A stretch of 63,577 nt of DNA, counting the filler, from Trichomonas gallinae (taxonomy: Eukaryota): assembly GCA_008369845.1 (NCBI GenBank). It is 6 parts of 6 records of this genome, joined end to end, with 100 filler letters (N's around TTAATTAATTAA, not from the genome) between each part and the next. Parts side by side here need not be neighbours in the genome. Positions count along the whole stretch, not along the records: positions 54,626 to 59,138 come from MRSU01001396.1; positions 59,239 to 61,215 come from MRSU01001397.1; positions 61,316 to 63,577 come from MRSU01001398.1; 3 more parts are not named here. The stretch is one strand, 5' to 3'. The notes below the pieces were generated by a model. That model worked only from the letters and a program-made list of their open reading frames with translations. It searched no databases and was not told the DNA's origin. This document shows positions 55,500 through 63,577 of the stretch, in pieces (the first letter of the stretch is position 1; each line of letters opens with the position of its first letter). A program made the translations under genes and the position numbers.

Positions 55500-57719
55500 T
55501 TATGAGAGATCCAAGCCTTCCTTGTCAGTAACAACATCAATATCGACTTGTTCTGCTTTCGTCATGTAGCGGCCATAGCTTCCGAGAAGCTTCGTCCATC
55601 TCTCTTCGCCAAGAATTGTCCAGCAAAAGTCGATCTCGAAACGAGTATTCGAGCACATGGCAACAGACTGGCAGAAGCTCTCAACAGCATCAGGGAAAAG
55701 TGAGTCGTATCTGTTTCTCTGGAAGTTGTTGAGCGTTAATTCTTCAGGATGACCGTAGAATGTATTCGAGTGAACATTGACTGTCATTCCGTATCTCATG
55801 TTAAATGTCTGGTTAATGGCGAGCTGGAAGGCATGGAATGGCAGTGAGTCGAAGCCGACAGCAGTGATGTTCGGACGCTGAGCGATCTTCTTAGGGAATA
55901 AGTAGAATAATTTACGTGTTGCATCCTTATTCATACCTTGGTTAAATGAACCGAGGTACTTAGCGAAATAGCCGCCAGTGAAATGGCCAACAGCAACATT
56001 AGTATATGTTGGCCAGCTTTTGTTCTTTGGAATTGAATTTGTTATAATTTGCTGCTCGATTCTGTGGGCCTTTTCGACACTAAGGAATTTGCAGCCTGTT
56101 GCCTCAGTGAATACTTGGTTCGCGTAGATCAGTGGAACTCTAAAGAAGTTGGAGACAGTCGAGAAGAACGGAATTAATGTGTTGATGATTGAGCTGAACT
56201 TATCTTGAATAAACTGTTCGAAGAACAGAATCCAGTCTAGAGGGGACCTGAGTCCATGTATAACGAAAATGTGAAGCTTTTTGTCGCGAATGTGAAGGCC
56301 ATCAGAGAGCTCGTCGTCATGATATTCAGTGACTTTTCTGTCTTTGAGGCTGGAAAAGGCCATGCCTAGAATGACTTTACGATTGTGCTCGTTGATGTCC
56401 GCGTATTTCGGATCATCATCTGTGAAATATGAAAGAATGGGCAGCGCTGATAACTGCGAAAATGTCATTCCTTTGATATCAATGTTACAAGTTGTCGCAG
56501 TAGAAGGCAAAATTGTCCACTTCGCTTGAAGAAGGGATGATTTTGTGTAGAACTTGTAGCGATATTTCTCCTCTGGACGCTCCCAGATGAGAATCCAGAC
56601 ACTTAATGTAATGAGCAGTATGAAGATGAGAATGTATAGGGCTAAGGACGCGTAGAACATGAATCGTATGGGTCCCTTATCGAATGAGCGCTTTGATGAT
56701 GATGCCACTGATGAAGAAACGTCGAGTTTTTCATCTTGAAATGCTTCTGCTGGCAAAAATGTGGAGCAGATGTTGCAAAATACGACAAATGGCGTGCAAT
56801 AGAAGTAGAATGCAATAATAAGAACACCAGAGAATGAATAGTTGAGTTCTGAGCGAGACATTAGATAAATTCTGCATCCAGCACCAACAAAGAGGGCAAC
56901 GACATGAAGAAGACCGATAATCTTCTTAGTGTAGTGTCCATCTGTTAAGTATACGTTTGTGCGGTCGTCGCAGACGAAATTCAAAAATTCGGATTGATCT
57001 CTTAAATTAGCAGGATCGAGCAGATCTGTTGGGAAGGGGAAGTTCGGGCATGGATTGGATGGTTTGAATGTGTATTTGGAGTAACGACCTCTTATTGAAA
57101 GTAATGCAACGCGCCAAGTGTCCCACATCAGTAATAGAATACCCCAAATAACAGGGATGAAGAATAAACCGACAAATACAGCTGAATATATAACTTGTTT
57201 TGCAAAAAGCATTTCAAAAACGATGCAAAAGACCATAACAACGAAATATGACATGAAAGCGATGATTGAAACGTATGCAAGCTTCTTGTTGATTAATGGG
57301 TTCTGGAATAATGATCCAAGAAGCTTAATGACGTTCTCTGTCGAAAGTGATGTCCATAATTGTTTGAAGAATGAAAGGATTTGCTTTTTAATGATGTTAA
57401 ACATGAGCGCTACAATTGAGAATGAGTATAGGCACCAGCAAATTTGAGCAACAAGCTTAATCTTATCAACAGTTCTTTCATTGATAATGGTAGAACCTGT
57501 GCCTTTAGTTGGAGGCTCGAAGAGCTTAGTAATGCGGACGAAAAGAAGAGTGATTTGGAACACAATATCAGCGAGAACGCAATAAATCATAAACATTGAG
57601 CCAATGTAAACCAAAACAACCGAGCATAAAACGAAAACACGGTAGATATTAAGGACCCAAGCCTTCACGGTCGGTTTTCCTTCATCAGATGCGACTCCTT
57701 CGGGCGCAGAATCGGTCAT
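55500..57719 (-). CDS. Multi-pass membrane protein with degenerate class-3 lipase-like domain
   Basis: About 7 TM helices, then IFVIHGLRSPLDW, VAVGHFTGG and AVGFDS motifs. Confidence 0.7.
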   Translation of the reverse strand: MTDSAPEGVASDEGKPTVKAWVLNIYRVFVLCSVVLVYIGSMFMIYCVLADIVFQITLLFVRITKLFEPPTKGTGSTIINERTVDKIKLVAQICWCLYSFSIVALMFNIIKKQILSFFKQLWTSLSTENVIKLLGSLFQNPLINKKLAYVSIIAFMSYFVVMVFCIVFEMLFAKQVIYSAVFVGLFFIPVIWGILLLMWDTWRVALLSIRGRYSKYTFKPSNPCPNFPFPTDLLDPANLRDQSEFLNFVCDDRTNVYLTDGHYTKKIIGLLHVVALFVGAGCRIYLMSRSELNYSFSGVLIIAFYFYCTPFVVFCNICSTFLPAEAFQDEKLDVSSSVASSSKRSFDKGPIRFMFYASLALYILIFILLITLSVWILIWERPEEKYRYKFYTKSSLLQAKWTILPSTATTCNIDIKGMTFSQLSALPILSYFTDDDPKYADINEHNRKVILGMAFSSLKDRKVTEYHDDELSDGLHIRDKKLHIFVIHGLRSPLDWILFFEQFIQDKFSSIINTLIPFFSTVSNFFRVPLIYANQVFTEATGCKFLSVEKAHRIEQQIITNSIPKNKSWPTYTNVAVGHFTGGYFAKYLGSFNQGMNKDATRKLFYLFPKKIAQRPNITAVGFDSLPFHAFQLAINQTFNMRYGMTVNVHSNTFYGHPEELTLNNFQRNRYDSLFPDAVESFCQSVAMCSNTRFEIDFCWTILGEERWTKLLGSYGRYMTKAEQVDIDVVTDKEGLDLS

Positions 57720-58370
57720 CTATATTTTTTTCTGAAAACCGTGCCGATATCGTCCGATCATTTCGCATCGAGATCACGCTTTTTCTGCCTTAAATGAGCC
57801 CAGATTTCCCGTTTTTTCGGAGTTTTTGCAGGAAAAAATTTTTGTTCAGGAATTTGACAAATGACATGTAAATATCTCAATCTGATATTATTCAGCGAAA
57901 TCTGACACGTAAAACATTGTGATAGTTTTTCATATCAATAACTCATTCTTTTATTTTCACTCCTTCTACATACTATAAATTCAACTGTATTATTTTATTA
58001 AAATGGATTTTTGAACAAATGTTCGAGCAAATGTTATAACAGACAAAGTAATACATTCTCATACTAATTATTGAGATTTTTTACTACATTATCCTACAGC
58101 GCTAGTTCTTAGATATCATTCCTATAGATTCATGAGGATGATTATATGGTTATAAATTAGTTTGAGCCGGTATTTATGAGTATTAATTAGAATATAATAA
58201 TTATCTTTCTCAGTTATAACTAAAAATTTTATACTTATTTACAAATAATGATAATATGGGAGAAGTATTAAGGCTCAAGCTTCATTAGGATATTTGCTGC
58301 AAGTATACTCGAGAAAAGCATATCTAATTGAGCTATTAATCAAAAATCGAAGAGGAAATTTTGTTGAATT

Positions 58371-58510
58371 TGTCATGTAAAGAACTTGATCGGAATTGAG
58401 AAAATGTCAAGTAAAGAATTCAAAATCCGATATTTTGTCATGTAAATGACTTGATCGGATTGATAATTTGACAAGTAAATCTATCAAAATCATCCATTTT
58501 GACAAGTAAA
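58371..58510 (+). promoter_or_regulatory. Phased array of five TG(T/A)CA(T/A)GTAAA motifs upstream of aldolase
   Basis: Motif starts at 58371, 58405, 58436, 58469 and 58500; built from a ~65-bp dimer unit. Confidence 0.6.
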
Positions 58511-58692
58511 TAACTTTTCTATATACGATGGGGCAACTCTAAAACCCACCAAAATATTTCATAAAAAGGATTTTTAGGCATAATGAGGTCCAAAATTTTG
58601 AGTACCGATAGCTTTACAAAATTTTGATAATCGTTAAATTGAGAGGCTGATGACCAATCGTTTCTCAATGATGGAGTGACTTCATTTTTCCA

Positions 58693-59138
58693 ATGGCTGT
58701 CTCATACAAGTCACTTGGTCTCGTCAACTCAAAGCACATCTTCGAAAAGGCTGTCACAGGCGGCTATGCTATCCCAGGATACAACTTCTCCAACCTCGAA
58801 CAGCTCCAGGCTATCATCACAGCATCAGTCAAGACAGAGTCCCCAGTTATTCTTCAGGTCTCTGCTGGTGCCCGCAAGTACGCTAACCAGACAATGCTCC
58901 GCTACATGGCTCAGGCTGCCTCTGAGTATGCTAAGGAGATCCACCCAGAGCACAAGCTCATCCCAATCGTCCTCCACCTCGACCACGGTGACTCATTCGA
59001 GCTCTGCAAGAACTGCATCGACCTCGGCTTCTCATCAGTCATGATCGATGGCTCACATCTCCCATACGACGAGAACGTCGCCCTCACAAAGAAGGTCGTC
59101 GAGTACGCTCACTCCCGCCCAGACTACGTCACAGTCGA
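58693..59138 (+). CDS. FBA: Fructose-1,6-bisphosphate aldolase class II, 3'-truncated by gap
   Basis: GYAIPGYN, SPVILQVS, VLHLDHG and GFSSVMIDGS motifs; TCATTT initiator at ~58682; highly biased codons. Confidence 0.96.
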
Positions 59139-59238
59139 NNNNNNNNNNNNNNNNNNNNNNNNNNNNNNNNNNNNNNNNNNNNTTAATTAATTAANNNNNN
59201 NNNNNNNNNNNNNNNNNNNNNNNNNNNNNNNNNNNNNN
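59139..59238. other. Assembly spacer
   Basis: N-TTAATTAATTAA-N linker. Confidence 0.97.
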
Positions 59239-59802
59239 CGATTGATTAATATGAGATGTTTGGATTCATGTGATGAAATTAACAGCTCAACATATGCAGC
59301 TTCTGATAACTCATGCAAACCATGCATGGCAAACTGCGAAAAGTGCACAAACGCAACATTTTGCACCCAATGCAAATCCGGCTTTCATTTCGATGGAACA
59401 AAGTGCGCCATTGGAGATGTAAATATCAATATTTCAATTGATAAAGAAAATTCCCGTAATGGAGCACAACAAATTCATAAAACCAATGAGCCAAAGCATG
59501 AAAAACCATTTCCATGGTGGATAATTAGTGTAGTTTGTGGAGCTGTTCTTATAATTGTTGCATTAGTTATTGTTGTATACAAAAAGAAGAAAGAAACAAA
59601 TTCCACTGAAATGACCGAAGAAAGCGTCGAAGAAACAAACAATATTACAACCACAACATCTGTTACTGTTGATAATCCATTATATTTTGATCCCTCAAAT
59701 CAAGAAGCAGATCCATTCCATAATGACTTTGAAGAAGACTATGAAGTATCAAAAGTTTTCGAATCACCATTCATTGACGACAATATCGTTGATGAAGAAT
59801 AA
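59239..59802 (+). CDS. 3' part of a Cys-rich (furin/VSP-like CxxC) type I membrane protein
   Basis: CKPCMANCEKC...C, TM FPWWIISVV..., and an acidic tail with DNPLY and DPF; 5' end lost in gap. Confidence 0.85.
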   Translation, partial: RLINMRCLDSCDEINSSTYAASDNSCKPCMANCEKCTNATFCTQCKSGFHFDGTKCAIGDVNINISIDKENSRNGAQQIHKTNEPKHEKPFPWWIISVVCGAVLIIVALVIVVYKKKKETNSTEMTEESVEETNNITTTTSVTVDNPLYFDPSNQEADPFHNDFEEDYEVSKVFESPFIDDNIVDEE

Positions 59803-60476
59803 TGAACGACTGTATTTAATTTGCTTAAACACAGTTATTCAAAATTCACTTTTGCTTTTATGATGTAAAATCAAAGATGCATTTTGAAGAATAGTGTTTA
59901 AGGAAATGACGATTTCAGTCTCACATTTCACAATTTTGAACTTCGTTCAAAAAGTGAAAAAGTCAGCCGGAAATCGCAAATTTTAAGAAGATTTATTAAA
60001 ATTAGACCGAATGATTGGTATGCTTTTAAATCAAAGAATTTAATCGCAAGTATGTTGCGATGAATTTGAAAAAAAAAATTTTTTTGCAATTTTTTATCGA
60101 TTTATTTTTATTTAATTTTTATCGACAATAATAATAGAGGAATTATAACTGATACTTAAAATAATACATTTAATTTGCAAGGATTCAAAAATCATACTCA
60201 GAAAATGTTTTGTGCAAAACATCATTCCATGACTTTGAATATATATATTTTTTGAAAAATATTTTTTATTTCAAAATTTACAAAATTAAAATAAATCATA
60301 CTTGAATCATAAAGATCAATTTGAACAATAAAATAACTATAACAAAATTCAAATGAAAGTTGATAACTTTCAAATATTTTGAATAATAAATTGTTTATTA
60401 AATATTTCCTTATTATATTTCAAGAATATTTATTATATTGTTTTTAAGTAACTGCTCAAAATAAATTAACATATTG

Positions 60477-61215
60477 ATGAGCGTTATCGGTCTCTTATGC
60501 CTGTCATTGACTAATACAGACACAACTGATATGTTTTTATCTGGGTATTACGACGTTACATTAGTAGGAGCTGCTGGTGGCTCTTTAGATAGGATTATTT
60601 TGGGTGGACCAGGAGCAAAATTCACTGGAGTATTAAGAATTACAGAAGATACAAGCATACGCATAGTCGCTGGATCTAGTCCAGGCACATGGGCAGGTAG
60701 TGGCAAACATCCACCTGGAAAATATGGTGAAGGAGGCTGGAGTGGCGGCGCTAATTCTGCAGCTGGTGGAGGATATTCAGCTTTATTTATACACAATGAT
60801 CCAATTGTTATGGTTGGTGGTGGGGGTGGAGCTTTGAATAAGAAAATGGGCTTATCAGCAGGTGGTTTCAAAAATGGAAAAAGTTATCTTTTGCAAGACA
60901 AACAGGAAAAATATAAAGTGGGTAAGTCAAAAAGTCACCATGGCGGTAATGGATATGAAAAACCACTAAGCTCTGGTGGCGGTGGTGGTTATTTTGGAGG
61001 TGATGCAATAAAAGGATCAAATGGATTAGGTGGTTCATCCTATGCAAATGACAGTTATTTTATAAAATATACTGTATATGATGGAGATGAAATGTGGTTG
61101 AACCATTGGTATAATGCAGGAGATGGACAAATTATAATAACTAACATAACAATATGCAATAGAAATTGCTTGAGTTGTGATGTTAAAAATGGTACTATTT
61201 GCTACACATGCAGAC
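60477..61215 (+). CDS. Glycine-rich (ALK/LTK-GRD-like) + CxxC surface protein, 3'-truncated
   Basis: Signal peptide; GAAGG, AAGGGYS, VGGGGGA, GGGGGYFGG, GGSSY and GDGQI motifs; then CNRNCLSC. Confidence 0.8.
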
Positions 61216-61315
61216 NNNNNNNNNNNNNNNNNNNNNNNNNNNNNNNNNNNNNNNNNNNNTTAATTAATTAANNNNNNNNNNNNNNNNNNNNNNNNNNNNN
61301 NNNNNNNNNNNNNNN
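61216..61315. other. Assembly spacer
   Basis: N-TTAATTAATTAA-N linker. Confidence 0.97.
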
Positions 61316-61434
61316 AGATTCCCATCAAAAAAATCCCGGTGGAGTTTTCTTGGGCTCTACTGTAGCGTCGAACCTGACGCGTTTTATAAGCAGGGACCAT
61401 TTTTGACAATTTTAAAAAACCTGCCGGACTACCT
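61316..61434. mobile_element. Transposon terminus, copy 2 (Kolobok-like)
   Basis: About 92% identical to 54669-54787; ends ...ACTACCT followed by TTAT. Confidence 0.65.
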
Positions 61435-61558
61435 TTATAAATGCAATATTTGACAAATAAAATCGTTTTTTGTAAACTGTAAACAAATTATGACAAATAT
61501 TTAAGGTTATAACAGTTTACAAAAAAAACTGGTGGCGAAATATTAAAAATTTTCCAAA

Positions 61559-63577
61559 ATGGAAGAAGTCCGCGAAAAGCTAAAGTCACTGATAGACAAT
61601 AATGACCTGAATTCTATAAAGCAAATTAAAGATCTCGAGTACATAATTAGCCTGGAATGCAACGAAATAAACTTTTTTCTATATTCTTGCGTAAAAGGAA
61701 AGGTAGATATTGCTAAGTATTTCGATGAAATCAATCCATATATAATAGATTCATGCGATAAAGGTGGGAATACTGCAATAATATTGTCTGCTGTGCAAAA
61801 TAATGAAAATGCTACTCAAATAATCGATTACTTTATTTCAAAATATAAAATAGACATGCTAGAACGAAAAAATTCAATGAAAATGTCACTAGTACATCAA
61901 TGCTGCGTTAATAATTGGGATTTCGTTCTTCAACATCTGTATCAAGAGTATAATGTCGATTTGAATGATTCTTCCAATGAATACAAAATGTCACCAATTA
62001 GTATCGCTCTTCAATTGAATAAATGGGAAACGTTTACATTTTTAGTCGATTATGGTGTTGATATACAACATAATTGGATTAATGAATTGAGTAATAAACG
62101 AAAATACTACGATTACTATGAAAACAACCATGGTAAGAAGAAAAATAATATTACTAAACCAAAAACTCTTAGAACCAATCCAATTAATGGTGGATCAAAA
62201 CCTACTACACCAGAAGTAGATAATGATGATAACGACAAGTTAGCAAATCTGAATGAAGCATCTGCAAAGATTAATAATCTTACAATTGAACTATCAGAAT
62301 TAAAACGGCAATTGCAAGATGCAAAAAATAATATAGCTTCACAACAAACAATAAATCAAATGCTTAGCAAGGATTACCAAGATGAATTCAACAGACAATA
62401 CAATGAAGTGAAAAAAGAATATCAATATAAAATTAACAAATTCAACACACAATATGAAGAACAATTTGGACGAGAAATCGAACGACTCAATGCAGAAATG
62501 AAACAAAAGTTAGAAGAGAAAGAATCCGAGAGAACCAAAGAAATCGAACGACTCAATGCAGAAATGAAACAAAAGTTAGAAGAGAAAGAATCCGAGAGAA
62601 TCAAAGAAATCGAACGACTCAATGCAGAAATGAAACAAAAGTTAGAAGAGAAAGAAATAGAAATCAACAATATTAAAAGCAATCAGCATGCCACAAAAGA
62701 TAATCCATTTAATAAAGCTCTACAAAATGAAAATAAATCTCTTAGAACAGCTCCTGCGCAGGAATTGCAAAAGAATAAAAAATATCAGGCAATTCTTATG
62801 AAAGTAAATGATGTTGAAATCGAAAGGCAAGCTGACTATGAACAATTACAAAAACAATCAGCTGAATTTAAAGAAAGCAACAAACAAATGAGCGCAAAGA
62901 TTGCAGAACAAGATAGAATTATCAATGATCTCAATAGTAAAATCAAATTACTTGAATCCAAAACATCCGATTTGACTGATAGAGTAAAACAAATGTCTGC
63001 ATATCATCGTAAAATTAATAAATTATTCCCACGAGATCAAGATATTATAAAATGTATTAATAATCTTAAGATCGAAAACAAGAATCTTAAGAGCGAAAAC
63101 GAGAGTTTTAAGATCGAAAACGAGAATCTTAAGAGCGAAAACGAGAAACTAAAGCTTAAAGGCAATTCAATCAAAGTAATTGAGCCAGAGCATCAATTAT
63201 TATTAAAGAAACAAATCGAAAAAAACTCAGTTTTCTCGAAAAGAAATAAAAACACAGAATCTGATTCAATTCTAAATGGAAATATTAATGCAGTTAATAA
63301 CACAGACTCCGAAGATTCACAAGTTGATGGAAAACAAATAAAACTTTTTAAAACAACTAAAAAAGCAATAGAGTCAGATTTTTCTCCAAGTAATAAAAAT
63401 CCAGAATATGATTTAATTCGAAAGAAAAATGCTTCTCAACAACCTAAAATTTTTAATGTAGTTAATGATACAGATTTCGAAGATTCACAAGCTGATCTAA
63501 CAAGAGGAACATCATCAACACGTTCCACAAGAGACATAACAAGAGGAACATCATCAACACGTTCCACAAGAGACATA
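61559..63577 (+). CDS. Ankyrin-repeat + coiled-coil protein, open at the window end
   Basis: ATG at 61559 (MEEVREKLKS...). Ankyrin-like DKGGNTAIILSA and MSPISIALQLN..TFLVDYGVD. Later repeats stay in this frame. Absent from the ORF track, probably because no stop is reached. Confidence 0.8.
   Translation, partial: MEEVREKLKSLIDNNDLNSIKQIKDLEYIISLECNEINFFLYSCVKGKVDIAKYFDEINPYIIDSCDKGGNTAIILSAVQNNENATQIIDYFISKYKIDMLERKNSMKMSLVHQCCVNNWDFVLQHLYQEYNVDLNDSSNEYKMSPISIALQLNKWETFTFLVDYGVDIQHNWINELSNKRKYYDYYENNHGKKKNNITKPKTLRTNPINGGSKPTTPEVDNDDNDKLANLNEASAKINNLTIELSELKRQLQDAKNNIASQQTINQMLSKDYQDEFNRQYNEVKKEYQYKINKFNTQYEEQFGREIERLNAEMKQKLEEKESERTKEIERLNAEMKQKLEEKESERIKEIERLNAEMKQKLEEKEIEINNIKSNQHATKDNPFNKALQNENKSLRTAPAQELQKNKKYQAILMKVNDVEIERQADYEQLQKQSAEFKESNKQMSAKIAEQDRIINDLNSKIKLLESKTSDLTDRVKQMSAYHRKINKLFPRDQDIIKCINNLKIENKNLKSENESFKIENENLKSENEKLKLKGNSIKVIEPEHQLLLKKQIEKNSVFSKRNKNTESDSILNGNINAVNNTDSEDSQVDGKQIKLFKTTKKAIESDFSPSNKNPEYDLIRKKNASQQPKIFNVVNDTDFEDSQADLTRGTSSTRSTRDITRGTSSTRSTRDI
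62474..62657 (+). repeat. 66-bp coding tandem repeat x~2.8 (EIERLNAEMKQKLEEKESERTK)
   Basis: gaaatcgaacgactcaatgcag at 62474, 62540 and 62606. Confidence 0.92.
63500..63577 (+). repeat. 39-bp coding tandem repeat x2, running off the window
   Basis: acaagaggaacatcatcaacacgttccacaagagacata occurs twice. Confidence 0.9.

Noticed and set aside
42879..57719. NAPE-PLD plus DAG-lipase-like gene as an endocannabinoid pathway cluster
   Set aside because: The genes are on different contigs and the lipase-like domain lacks its catalytic Ser.
58371..58510. CRISPR-like repeat-spacer appearance
   Set aside because: Repeats are only 11 bp, alternate spacers are homologous to each other, there are no cas genes, and the context is eukaryotic.
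23178..61315. Five identical TTAATTAATTAA palindromes flanked by Ns
   Set aside because: Artificial six-frame-stop contig linkers. They also mean that gene neighbourhoods across gaps are unreliable.
1..63577. Spliceosomal introns, rRNA and tRNA genes
   Set aside because: No Trichomonas ACTAACACACAG 3' intron motif or rRNA/tRNA signatures were seen by eye. Very short introns cannot be excluded.

Overview
Eukaryotic, AT-rich, intron-free, gene-dense DNA, most consistent with a parabasalid of the genus Trichomonas. The evidence is a Trichomonas-type class II aldolase and GAPDH C-terminus, a BspA LRR gene, TCA(T/C)T initiators, AAAGTGAC motifs and stop codons that double as TAAA poly(A) signals. 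The window is a concatenation of six contigs joined by 100-nt N/TTAATTAATTAA spacers, so linkage across gaps is not real evidence. It holds about 38 genes or gene fragments: papain-like protease, degenerate RasGAP, GRP94, Ssn6-like TPR, IFT25, F-BAR, acid phosphatase, S28 peptidase, Vps11, TTLL, Myb, acylphosphatase, NAPE-PLD-like, GT8, Tup1-like WD40, BspA and others. Several things are missed by the ORF track: a GAPDH 3' end, an 18-aa Cys-rich micropeptide next to a metallothionein-like gene, a decayed Piwi/Argonaute fragment, a 673-codon open ankyrin/coiled-coil gene, and transposon termini. The most striking non-coding signal is an 11-bp intergenic motif, TG(A/T/C)CA(T/A/C)GTAAA, seen about 30 times, including a phased ~32-bp array and a ~170-bp-period array. 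All family calls come from motif recognition by eye; no searches were run.
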